DNA from: Staphylococcus phage Machias
DNA: 64,000 nucleotides
Strand: one strand, 5' to 3'
Sequence record: MW349128.1
Below, piece after piece: positions 10,989 to 20,345 of this stretch. Both the position numbers and the translations under genes were made by a program. The notes under the pieces were generated by a model. That model was not told where the DNA came from. It saw only the letters and a program-made list of their open reading frames with translations, and ran no database searches. Every line of letters begins with the position of its first letter. Position 1 is the stretch's first letter.

Positions 10989-11780
10989 TTATTTTTTATA
11001 TTCAATTAGAGTATTTACTAGTGACATATCTACATTATTTTCATTAGCAATTTTACTTGCTTGTTTCTTAATTTCATGTAGTAAACTATTAATATCAGGT
11101 TTAACTTGTGGTGGAAAATTCTTTAATATACTACTATTAATTTCATCAAATATTTCTGTAGCTTTTATAGATTCATTTAAGAAATCATTAATATAACTTT
11201 CAGAGAATAATTTAATTTCATTAGATTCTTCTTTTAATTCTAAAATATTATTACCGTTCATTAATTCTTCTTTATAGAAGAAAATATACATATCAATATA
11301 AGTAGCTACCATAATATTGTATATATTATAATAATTTAAATTATATTTCTTATTATATTCTTCTGTAATATAACTAGACATTAATGCAATTAATCTATCT
11401 TCAATATTTTCTTTTCCATCTGGAAACATTTCTGATTTATCTTGTTTTCTTAAGATTGTTAAAAACTCAAATATATTTTTAGCAAAGTTATAATCTTTAT
11501 TAAGTTCTAAACTATCTAAAAAGAAATCATTAAAATTATCAAAAGCAATTCCTTTAATAAAATCTGATTTTCTTCTAATCATTTTAAAACTATAAAAATC
11601 TCTAAATGTTTTTGTATCTTCAATATTGATTAATCTTCTTTCTAAATCATCAAATTCTTTTCGATTATCCTCTTCTTTAAGTTCATCCATAATATTTTTA
11701 GCTATATCAATTTCAATATCTTTCTTATCTTCCTTAAATAAATATATAGCCTTGATTAAAGCTTCTTCTGTCATATCCAT
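10989..11780 (-). CDS. Hypothetical protein (263 aa)
   Basis: Complete ORF. Confidence 0.45.
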   Translation of the reverse strand: MDMTEEALIKAIYLFKEDKKDIEIDIAKNIMDELKEEDNRKEFDDLERRLINIEDTKTFRDFYSFKMIRRKSDFIKGIAFDNFNDFFLDSLELNKDYNFAKNIFEFLTILRKQDKSEMFPDGKENIEDRLIALMSSYITEEYNKKYNLNYYNIYNIMVATYIDMYIFFYKEELMNGNNILELKEESNEIKLFSESYINDFLNESIKATEIFDEINSSILKNFPPQVKPDINSLLHEIKKQASKIANENNVDMSLVNTLIEYKK

Positions 11781-11863
11781 TTCATCTCCTAATTTTTATA
11801 TAATATATAAATCTTTAATGATTTACATTTATATAATATATATTTAAAATAAATATTAAAAAT

Positions 11864-12499
11864 TTATATATCTGAAGCTTCTATAAGTTCATTATACTGT
11901 TCTATTTGATGGTCAAGTATATAGTCTTTATAATAACTTACAAATTCATTTACTTTACCAAATATTGATGATAATGGTATTATAATCTTACCTGCATGAG
12001 CTAATTGATGATTTGTTTTTGTTAATAATACTAATCCTACTTTATTCTCAAAATGTAATTTTAAAACTCTTTCAGCTATATCTATTGATGTAAACTGTTC
12101 ATCTTCCATGATAGCTTTATTTGTAACAATTTCAACAATTTCATAAAGAGTAAAAGGAAAGTGATGATATTCTGTAGTTGCCATATCTTCTGTAATATTT
12201 GACATTATTATATCATTTTTCAAATTGTATTCTTCTTTTAATATTGATAAATACTTTTTATATTCATTTGATCTTCTTACTAATCCTTCTACATTTTTAA
12301 TGAATTTCTTTAAACTGTTTTCTGATTCTATTTCAAAATATAGACTTGATATTTGAAACTTACTTTGTTTATTTACTAATATTGTATTATTATTAGAATC
12401 TTTTTTTATTAATACATTATTGATCTTATTATTTTTATTTAACTTTACTTTTTTATTATTTAAGTTATTGAATTTTATATCAATATTTTTATTATCCAT
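11864..12499 (-). CDS. Hypothetical protein (211 aa)
   Basis: Complete ORF. Confidence 0.45.
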   Translation of the reverse strand: MDNKNIDIKFNNLNNKKVKLNKNNKINNVLIKKDSNNNTILVNKQSKFQISSLYFEIESENSLKKFIKNVEGLVRRSNEYKKYLSILKEEYNLKNDIIMSNITEDMATTEYHHFPFTLYEIVEIVTNKAIMEDEQFTSIDIAERVLKLHFENKVGLVLLTKTNHQLAHAGKIIIPLSSIFGKVNEFVSYYKDYILDHQIEQYNELIEASDI

Positions 12500-12991
12500 T
12501 TTTATTCAATTCCTTTTTATTAATTAATATCAAATTCATTATTACTTTTTCTTTGAAATTTTCTTTTATTAAATTTAATATATTAATTTATTTTTAATAA
12601 TATTTTTAATTACTATTATTTTTTATAATATTAATTAAAATTAAAGAAAATTTTAAAAATTATTCCCCTAAAAAATATTTATTTATTATTTATATAATTT
12701 TATATTAAAAATATAATAATATATTCTGGAGATTTTCTAAAAAAATTTGTATAAATATTTCATTTCTTTAATTTTAATAATCTTCATTAATATATTATTA
12801 AGTTAATTTTATTTGTATGAATTTCATTATAATTTTTAATTTAATATATTTATTAATACCAATTTTAATATAAAAAATTAAAAATCAAAATAAATATATT
12901 ATTATATTTTGATAGAAATATAATAATATATTATTTTTTATTTGATAAAAATATAAATTCTCAAGTAACAACTAAATATTAAGAAAAATAA
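12500..12991. promoter_or_regulatory. About 490 bp of extremely AT-rich divergent intergenic region, presumably holding divergent promoters; contains a conserved 40-nt motif at 12591-12630
   Basis: No ORFs, divergent flanking genes, and a motif repeated at 62019-62058. Confidence 0.35.
12591..12630 (+). repeat. Conserved 40-nt intergenic motif TTTTTAATAATATTTTTAATTACTATTATTTTTTATAATA, copy 1
   Basis: 39/40 identical to 62019-62058, in the same orientation and the same context (upstream of a plus-strand gene, divergent from a minus-strand gene). Confidence 0.5.
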
Positions 12992-15556
12992 ATGAAAGAG
13001 AGGATTTCAATGGCCATAGAATACACTGATTATAAGAACTTCAGTAAAGATGATTTAAGAAAATACAATCCTCTTTATTTTTATAAAGCCTTTACTGAAG
13101 AAGATATAGAAAATTTAGATGATATAGTTAAATTCTGTCAAGGTTTAATAATAAAAGATCAAGAATTTGCAGATAGATTAGAATCAAATGATTCTATGAT
13201 GGAGTCAGATTTATATATTAGAGCTAAAGAAAACACTTTAGATGATTACTATTCAGTATTTGATAAAGATAGTATTTTAAGAAACTATAAAGAACGTAAT
13301 CCATACTATGGAAAATTACAAAATATATATGATATTGATCCATATGTATCACGTACAGCAAATGATTTTGATATTATTAAAATAAGTAACCATACATTGG
13401 ATAAAAAAGAAGAATCATTATTATTAGAAAGTTATTCTGAAGCTCTTAATTATTTTAAAAAAGTAACACATACTAGAGCTTTTAATAATCAAGTTTATTA
13501 TAGAGAAATGTATTATATGTATTTAATTAATGCAACTATACATAGATATATAAACAAAACAATGTATAGAGTATTTGATGTTGATAGATATACTAAAAGA
13601 GATTTAAAGAATGCTTTCATTTCTAATGGACTTGATTACTTTGATGATTTCCCTTTAGAATATCAAAGAAGAACATACAAACGCATAAATGATTTAATTC
13701 GTAATAAAGGCACAAATGAAATATTTCCAATTATAGAAGATATATTCTCCATTAACTCCATAGACATTAATAAATATTATTTGGCTAAACATGAAGATGA
13801 TCTAAAGTTTTATAAAACAAATGTAAATGATAATCTTGATGTATACAATGATAATCAATACGGTTATAATGAAATCATTGATCTTGATCCATACTGGAGA
13901 AATACTAAAGAAGAAGTTATGGATAAAGCATTTAATGTAATACAAACTAAATATCTTTCTACCGATGCTGTTATAGATATAATTAATAATAGTAAATCTT
14001 TATCATTCTTATACAGTTTAATTAACTTAATGAAAGAAGATAAAGATATTATTGAAGATGATAGCTTTAATATGACTAACTCAAGAATCAGTTCTAGAAA
14101 GTTTAATGTTTTTGATGGAATTGTTACACTTAATACACTTGTCATAAATTATATTAAATGGAATGATAGAATCAAGAATGATAAGAATATGAATATTTAT
14201 GGTTATAATTTTAATGCAGATATTAAAGATACCGTAGATGATATTCGTAGTTATATTTATTCCAGACAATTTGATAAATCAGATTACACTGATTTTGCTA
14301 GAGAACTAAATTTCCTTAATATTAAGAAATTTAAAAATAGAAATACGCTAAGCTATGAAGATATTGTTAAAGAATATGAAATGTCTGATTTAGCTCAAAG
14401 ACAATTTAAATTTATTTCAGAAATAATGACCGGTATAAATGGTTCTACGCAATTAGAATACTATATTGAAAATGATTTAATTATAGATGGAATGAGATAT
14501 TTGTGGACACAGATATCTAAACCTGAAAGAGAATTTGATTTTAAAAATATATCTTACTATAAGAACTTTATGGAAATATACAAAAAATTTTTAAATGTAA
14601 TGATTCATGATGGTCGTATAAATAAAGAAGATGTATATTTAATTATGATAGAAGATAATTCTATTGATAAAGATATTGATGAATTTGTTAAAGTTATGAA
14701 TGTTAAGTTTTTAGATAAATCTTATCAAGATTATAAACAAAATAAAAATGAAGAAAATATAGATAATTTAGTAACATCTATAAGAAGATCAATAGATTAT
14801 TCAATTAAGAATAAATTATACACTCCTAAAAAGCAAATAACTAGATATCCAGCTTTAAATTCTTACATCAGTGATATATTAGCTTACAGTGATTCTGATA
14901 AAGATCTTATTAACATTTATGATATTATTGAAATGTATAAATATAATGAAGAATTTCGTAAAGAATTAGAAGAGTTAATATATAATTCAAATGATCCTCA
15001 TTTACGAAAAAAATTTACTAATCTCCATAAACAGCTATTTATAACTAATTCTAGTAATGATATTTTTAAAGGTTTTAAAACTTATTCAGATTATCTTAAA
15101 TTTAAAGAACCTGATTTGTATTATTATACAGTTGTTGAAAGTGAAATTTATGATGAAGATGTTTTTGATAGAGAAAATATTTTTAGAGAAAGAATATTTG
15201 AATTAGTAAGTAGTATTGATAATCATCTTAATCTTAAAGAACAGTACTTCACAAATAGTAATTTTGTAGGTGTTGTTAATTTTATTAGAGATTATATTAC
15301 TATATTGATAACTCTATTCAAATCATATACAACTGATTTAATTTATACAAGTCTATTATTTAAATTGGATGATAAATTTGAAAATAGTATTCATTTAATT
15401 GATGAAGGAAATATTAAATATACTGGAACTACAAAATATGTAGATAAGATTAATACATTAGATAATAGAAATATAACTGATAAGATCATCAGAAAAGAAA
15501 ATATTGAGATGAAAGACAATGTTAACATTTCAATAATCAAAAGGGAGGAAAATTAA
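12992..15556 (+). CDS. Hypothetical large protein (854 aa), likely virion or morphogenesis-associated
   Basis: Complete ORF; its stop overlaps the start of the next gene (ATGA overlap at 15556). Confidence 0.45.
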   Translation: MKERISMAIEYTDYKNFSKDDLRKYNPLYFYKAFTEEDIENLDDIVKFCQGLIIKDQEFADRLESNDSMMESDLYIRAKENTLDDYYSVFDKDSILRNYKERNPYYGKLQNIYDIDPYVSRTANDFDIIKISNHTLDKKEESLLLESYSEALNYFKKVTHTRAFNNQVYYREMYYMYLINATIHRYINKTMYRVFDVDRYTKRDLKNAFISNGLDYFDDFPLEYQRRTYKRINDLIRNKGTNEIFPIIEDIFSINSIDINKYYLAKHEDDLKFYKTNVNDNLDVYNDNQYGYNEIIDLDPYWRNTKEEVMDKAFNVIQTKYLSTDAVIDIINNSKSLSFLYSLINLMKEDKDIIEDDSFNMTNSRISSRKFNVFDGIVTLNTLVINYIKWNDRIKNDKNMNIYGYNFNADIKDTVDDIRSYIYSRQFDKSDYTDFARELNFLNIKKFKNRNTLSYEDIVKEYEMSDLAQRQFKFISEIMTGINGSTQLEYYIENDLIIDGMRYLWTQISKPEREFDFKNISYYKNFMEIYKKFLNVMIHDGRINKEDVYLIMIEDNSIDKDIDEFVKVMNVKFLDKSYQDYKQNKNEENIDNLVTSIRRSIDYSIKNKLYTPKKQITRYPALNSYISDILAYSDSDKDLINIYDIIEMYKYNEEFRKELEELIYNSNDPHLRKKFTNLHKQLFITNSSNDIFKGFKTYSDYLKFKEPDLYYYTVVESEIYDEDVFDRENIFRERIFELVSSIDNHLNLKEQYFTNSNFVGVVNFIRDYITILITLFKSYTTDLIYTSLLFKLDDKFENSIHLIDEGNIKYTGTTKYVDKINTLDNRNITDKIIRKENIEMKDNVNISIIKREEN

Positions 15557-16392
15557 TGTTCAATTTTGAACGTTTTTCACGTAAATTGGTTGAAAATGGA
15601 GCTATGGAACAAGATCAAATAGATGATATAAGTTCTAGAGTTGAAACAAGAGATTCAAATTCTATAAATGTAAAATCTGGTTTTAAAGAAAATTTAAATA
15701 ATTATATTAAGGGTATTGTTAAATTTACAAATCCTAAAACAGGTGAGTTAATTCATCAAGAAGAAAATTTAGTTTTAATGAGAACTAGAGTTTGGATTTT
15801 AGAAAAACTATTCGGTCAAGGTATACCGTCTAATTATAATGGTGATGAAACTGAAGGAAGAACAATATGCTTATTTTCAGTAGGTTCAGGTGGAGCTGAT
15901 GTAAATAACTCTGCATTTACTCCATACACTGTAAAATTCTCAGATCAAAAATTAAACCGTCCTGTTCCTTTTGTAGTAGAAAATCCAGATAAAGAAAATT
16001 CGGATTTAACTGCAAATAATCCTAGTATGATAGAAGAACTATCAGAACAACAAAAGAAAAAATATTATCTATCAGAAGATAAACAAGATGGTACTACTAG
16101 TTTTTACGGTAAAAGATTTACTAATGCTACAAAAGATAAACCTTTAGGTGAATCAAAAGGATTTATTATTGATAATGAAGATGGTTCAGTTGCATTTTCT
16201 TTAAAAATGTCTGTAGAACCAGATGAATGTAGAGGAAGTATTATTAATGAGTTAGGTCTTTGGTTAGCTAAATATAATGAAGATACTAATAAATTTGATG
16301 GAACTGAATTAGCTACACGTTTAACATTTGATAGTCGTTCATTAAAGAATCTATCTGATGGTTTAGATATAGAATATATTATTTATATTTAG
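15556..16392 (+). CDS. Hypothetical protein (278 aa)
   Basis: Complete ORF translationally coupled to the upstream gene. Confidence 0.45.
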   Translation: MFNFERFSRKLVENGAMEQDQIDDISSRVETRDSNSINVKSGFKENLNNYIKGIVKFTNPKTGELIHQEENLVLMRTRVWILEKLFGQGIPSNYNGDETEGRTICLFSVGSGGADVNNSAFTPYTVKFSDQKLNRPVPFVVENPDKENSDLTANNPSMIEELSEQQKKKYYLSEDKQDGTTSFYGKRFTNATKDKPLGESKGFIIDNEDGSVAFSLKMSVEPDECRGSIINELGLWLAKYNEDTNKFDGTELATRLTFDSRSLKNLSDGLDIEYIIYI

Positions 16393-16401
16393 TGCAATAA
16401 T

Positions 16402-16438
16402 TCCCACAACGATATTTTATTATCGTTGTGGATTTTTA
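16402..16438. terminator. Rho-independent terminator (CCCACAACGATA ... TATCGTTGTGG followed by ATTTTTATT)
   Basis: Stem of about 11 bp plus T-run between convergent genes. Confidence 0.6.
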
Positions 16439-16681
16439 TTGCCTATCTTTTTCTTGTTCTTTTATTTCTTCTAAAAGAGCTTCATTAAACTTAGATAATC
16501 TGAAAATTAAATTTCTTTGATTATTTGTTTCCTTTTCTATTTTTGTTAATTTTTCTCTTAAAGAATTCAACTGTTTAGTAATTCTAAAATAACCTAAAAT
16601 CAGTGGAAAACTAAAAATCAAAAAATAAATAAAGAGGCATAGTAAGACTAACTGTAACAAGACATTTCCCCCTCGATGCAT
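16436..16681 (-). CDS. Small membrane protein (about 81 aa from the internal ATG at 16681): N-terminal TM helix plus charged coiled-coil C-terminus; holin- or spanin-like candidate
   Basis: Translation MHRGGNVLLQLVLLCLFIYFLIFSFPLILGYF followed by a KE-rich helix. Divergent from a putative cell-wall-binding and amidase gene pair. Confidence 0.3.
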   Translation of the reverse strand: MHRGGNVLLQLVLLCLFIYFLIFSFPLILGYFRITKQLNSLREKLTKIEKETNNQRNLIFRLSKFNEALLEEIKEQEKDRQ

Positions 16682-16709
16682 TATAAATAGAAAGGAGCTC
16701 ATAAAATAC

Positions 16710-17378
16710 ATGCAATATAAAGAATCGTTTAAAGAATTTGATTTTAGTAGAGACTTTGAAGCTGTAGTTATAGATAATACAGATTTCGATGAAAAGTATG
16801 AAGTAAAGCTATTTGTGTATGAACTTATTATGACTAAATTGCAGGATTCCCCAAGAAATATCAAAAGAAACCTAAATATTAATAATATAATAAACGTAGA
16901 AGATTTAGATGTAAGAAGTCAAGTAGATATAGGTAATTATTTAATTTGTCAACCATTAATGAATAATGATTTAGATAAACCTTTAAGAAAACCTAACCTT
17001 TATGATAAAGTTATACTTAAATTCCATAATGGTAATCCTAAATTTCCTTATTACTATGATATGCATTTACCTAGAAAATATAAACCTGAAGAACCAATTA
17101 TTTCAAATAATAGAAATCTTAAAGGAAGTTATTACAGATTATTAATGTATAGGGAAGATAACATGAAAGGTAATGATGTTAATACAGTAGGTATCGCACT
17201 GACAGGTTTGGGGTATTCTGCTAATAAATACGATAGTGAAAACTATGTATTTGATAGAACTATGTTAAGTTCTTTATTACAGTTTCAGAGTGATAATAAT
17301 CTTAAACAAGATGGAGACGTTGGTCCTATTACATTTAATAAATTGATAGAGAAATATAATTCAATTAGTTATTGCTAA
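16710..17378 (+). CDS. Protein with a C-terminal peptidoglycan-binding domain (PG_binding_1-like)
   Basis: C-terminal LTGLGYSANKYDSENYVFDRTMLSSLLQFQSDNNLKQDGDVGPITFNKL matches the PG_binding_1 repeat consensus; strong SD (AAGGAG) before the ATG. Confidence 0.5.
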   Translation: MQYKESFKEFDFSRDFEAVVIDNTDFDEKYEVKLFVYELIMTKLQDSPRNIKRNLNINNIINVEDLDVRSQVDIGNYLICQPLMNNDLDKPLRKPNLYDKVILKFHNGNPKFPYYYDMHLPRKYKPEEPIISNNRNLKGSYYRLLMYREDNMKGNDVNTVGIALTGLGYSANKYDSENYVFDRTMLSSLLQFQSDNNLKQDGDVGPITFNKLIEKYNSISYC

Positions 17379-17403
17379 TTTTTAGAAAGAAGTGAAATAA
17401 AGA

Positions 17404-17988
17404 TTGTATTATGATATAAAACAAGATAGACGTAGAAGAAGTAATACATTTCAAACCCATGTAGTTATTACTCATATGAATAATTTAATACTTAAAGAAA
17501 ATAAGTTTAATGACAGAAATATATTAAAGGGATCTTACAAATATTCTTGGGGTAAAGTTCAGAATTATTTAATCAGACATGCTAATATAAGAGCTTTACC
17601 TATGCATTATTTCGTTGAATTGATAGACAAGGATTATGTAGTTATAGAAGCACTATCAGATTATAAACCTAGTTATTATTTACAAGAATTAGCAGATAAA
17701 GGTATCATACCTCAAAAATATAGAAATAGTATTCTAATAGCTATATCTGATGATTTTAGTTTATATAATCCTGACACTAGAATGTTTAAACATTTATCTG
17801 ATAAATTATTAATTCCTTTAGCTAAAAGACATAGACTTAGTTTTCATGAAATAAAATTAATAGATGAGATATATTCAGATGATTATATTGATAAACTCAA
17901 TACAAATCGTTTTGAAACTAAATCAATGATTAAATTTGATAAGCAAAGATTAAAAAATCAATTTAATATGTATAATGTAATGAAATAA
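17404..17988 (+). CDS. Amidase_2 / T7-lysozyme-like (N-acetylmuramoyl-L-alanine amidase fold) protein, possibly endolysin-related
   Basis: Collinear blocks resemble T7 lysozyme: HVVITH / MHYFVELIDKD / NSILIAISDD / LAKRHRLSFHEIKLI. The third zinc ligand (Cys) is not evident. Confidence 0.4.
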   Translation: MYYDIKQDRRRRSNTFQTHVVITHMNNLILKENKFNDRNILKGSYKYSWGKVQNYLIRHANIRALPMHYFVELIDKDYVVIEALSDYKPSYYLQELADKGIIPQKYRNSILIAISDDFSLYNPDTRMFKHLSDKLLIPLAKRHRLSFHEIKLIDEIYSDDYIDKLNTNRFETKSMIKFDKQRLKNQFNMYNVMK

Positions 17989-18150
17989 ATTTATGATATA
18001 AATTAGTATTGTAACAAATTTTTATAGAAATTTATTTTTCTATAATTTATTCCTTTTTAAGTAATAAATTAGCGTATAGTTATAATGAAATTACTTATAC
18101 AAAGTTCTTTAATTTTATCCATATCCATTACTCCCTTATCCTAAAAATAT

Positions 18151-18188
18151 ATCCCAATACCTAAATTAATAGGTATTGGGATTTTATT
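18151..18188. terminator. Rho-independent terminator (ATCCCAATACCT ... AGGTATTGGGAT followed by TTTATT)
   Basis: 12-bp perfect stem plus T-run between convergent genes. Confidence 0.45.
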
Positions 18189-18900
18189 ATCCGAAAAATA
18201 ATTTTTTTCTATTAGAATTATAAATAGAGTTATTTTCCATTTTTTCAACTAATTCTCTTCTTTTTTCTCTAGCATCTCTTAAATCATCCATATTTAGATT
18301 TAATTCACCAAAAGTAGTTTGTAAATTTTGAAATCTACCTCTCATAGAGTATAATGACATTTGAACATCATATGAAGCTAATTCTAAAAAGTAATCATGC
18401 ATATTATTTGGTATTGAACCAAAATGTTTATCATGATAAGTATTTGCAATTATTAATAGATTAGTTGTACTCATAACAGATCCATTCATTATCTCTATTT
18501 TATTAGGATGAAGATATCTAAATGTAGATGGATTTAAATTAATAGCCATTAAATCTGCCATCATTTGAGAGTCAATAGGTGAACCCATCATAAAACCTGC
18601 ATAAGGACTCATACTACCAGCATACCCAGTTAAATTAGAAATATTGTTATTAGCACCAATCACTCTATTAATATTAACTATTGGATTTGGTGAATCAATA
18701 TAATAAACATTCTGAGTTCCTTCTACTTTATCTTCAGGCTTTACTATTATTCTTTCTTGTTTAGGATGAAATTTACTAAAAGTAGGAATTGTAAATCTTT
18801 CTACTGTTTTAATAATCTCATCAGGATTTAGTTCTAACTCATTAAACAGAAATCCTGTATCACGTTCTATATAATTAAGTACTTCTGTATTAGTTATCAT
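18187..18900 (-). CDS. Hypothetical protein (237 aa), downstream of the prohead protease
   Basis: Complete ORF. Confidence 0.45.
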   Translation of the reverse strand: MITNTEVLNYIERDTGFLFNELELNPDEIIKTVERFTIPTFSKFHPKQERIIVKPEDKVEGTQNVYYIDSPNPIVNINRVIGANNNISNLTGYAGSMSPYAGFMMGSPIDSQMMADLMAINLNPSTFRYLHPNKIEIMNGSVMSTTNLLIIANTYHDKHFGSIPNNMHDYFLELASYDVQMSLYSMRGRFQNLQTTFGELNLNMDDLRDAREKRRELVEKMENNSIYNSNRKKLFFG

Positions 18901-18923
18901 AAACTATATCACTTCCATACATA

Positions 18924-20258
18924 TTATTTAAAGTTTCTATAGAAATCATCAAGTCCATTAAGAACAGATTCTTCTAAGAAAACTTTAATAGTTTTATTAC
19001 TTTCTTTAATTGAAGCTAATTGAGATCCTTTATCGTAAATGATATTAGATTCATCAGCTTTATCAAATCCCATATCTTCAGCGATATATTTGATATTGTC
19101 TGAATTTTCTTTAATATAAGTTAAAACTTCTCTAGGAGAAAATTCTGTAACTTTACCGTTAGAAAACATATCAATTGATTCATTAACCATTTGTAAATCA
19201 CTAGTATTGTAATTATTATGATTCTCTGAAATTATATTTTGGATATAAGAATCTTGATGTGATGGAATTACACGTTATCTTAACTATATGATTTTCATAT
19301 AGACGAGACTATATCTTCCTAATTTATATTAGGTAATATATTTAGTCGTTGAACGGAATTTAATCCGATGCTGATTATCTTAATAAAGATTTCCAGCAAT
19401 TAATATTATTTATACTAAGCAATAATTTTTTACCCAGTCATACGTACATCTTAGCTATATGGTTTCCATATAGACGAGACTATATCATACTCTTAGTAAG
19501 AGCGAATATATTTAGTCGTTGAACAACTTGTATTAAGTTGATGCTAATTGGCTTAATTAAACTTCTTAGCAATTAATATTCTTTTTCATTATATATCACT
19601 ATATAAAGCTGCTATAATTTAACAGATTAATCTTAAAGGTTTAGTAACTTCTACTTCACCATTAGGTTTTCTTTCTATTTTACTAAAACCACGCATTGAG
19701 AAAGATACATCAGATTTTTGTCCAATTAAACCTTTCATATCCTTACCAGCTGATGTTTGAGCTGTTTCTACTTCTCCCATTAATTTATTACCATTCCACC
19801 AAGTTCTAGTGATAATATGAGAAATATTACGTTGATCAATATACATTTGACGTTTAGGTTCATCACTTAAAGGATGACCTGCAAATTATTATTCTTTATT
19901 ATTTTAATAAAGATTAGACTATATCATCTAGGTTATATATTTAGTCGTTGAACAACTTGTATTAAGTTGATGCTGATTACTTTAAATAAGATTTCAGCAA
20001 TTAATATAATTTAACGTGAGCCATTTTAACCTAAAACTCACCATAAAAAGTTCTTCTTGCTAATTTTTCTTGTACTACTGGACTATCTAAACCACTTTGG
20101 ATAACATCTTTACGATAAACACGACCATTACGGTTTTGTCTATCAGCTTCTTGTAACTCAGCAATGAATCTAACTGATTTATTATTATCTTGAACTACTT
20201 CTGGTTGAGAAGTTGTATTAGATTCATTAATAATGTAAGCTTTAATATCTTTAGACAT
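18924..20258 (-). CDS. T4 gp21-like prohead core protease, split into 4 exons by three group I introns. Approximate exons: 20258..20034, 19881..19624, 19438..19424 (micro-exon), 19270..18924.
   Basis: Exon translations NRNGRVYRKD, GEF/GHP, ISHII, WWNGNKLMGEV, VSFSMRGFS align block by block with the NRNGRIYP / EWEHP / SSRGVG blocks of T4 gp21 as recalled from memory. Each ORF fragment stops within 0-2 codons of an intron 5' end, and reading-frame continuity can be restored across introns. Confidence 0.6.
19271..19423 (-). ncRNA. Group I intron (about 150 nt, no ORF) in the prohead protease gene
   Basis: P AATTGCTGGAAA, Q AATCAGCATC, R GTTCAACGACTAAAT, P8 CCTAATATAAATTAGG, S GAAGATATAGTC, P9 CTATATGAAAATCATATAG. 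Confidence 0.55.
19439..19623 (-). ncRNA. Group I intron (about 185 nt, no ORF) in the prohead protease gene, with covarying P/Q elements
   Basis: P TTAATTGCTAAGAAG and Q AATTAGCATC keep P4 pairing by compensatory changes; R GTTCAACGACTAAAT; P8 hairpin; S GATATAGTC; P9 hairpin CTATATGGAAACCATATAG. Confidence 0.55.
19882..20033 (-). ncRNA. Group I intron (compact, about 150 nt, no ORF) in the prohead protease gene
   Basis: On the minus strand: P TTAATTGCTGAAA, Q AATCAGCATC, R GTTCAACGACTAAAT, S GATGATATAGTC, then a P9 hairpin CTTTATTAAAATAATAAAG. Confidence 0.6.
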
Positions 20259-20345
20259 CTATTTATACTTCCTTTCAAATTTTGATTGTAAATTAAGAAT
20301 ATTTCTATGTTATTCTTCTGAATTTAACAATCTTTTATTAGATTA

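Noticed and set aside
12500-12991. Attempted calls of specific -35/-10 promoter hexamers in the AT-rich intergenic regions
   Set aside because: In about 10% GC sequence, TATAAT-like hexamers occur every few tens of bases. Specific promoter calls would not be supportable from sequence alone.
10489-14269. Short antisense ORFs 10489..10761, 11626..11847, 13864..14145 and 14081..14269
   Set aside because: Embedded antisense within longer well-formed ORFs; composition typical of AT-rich out-of-frame reading.
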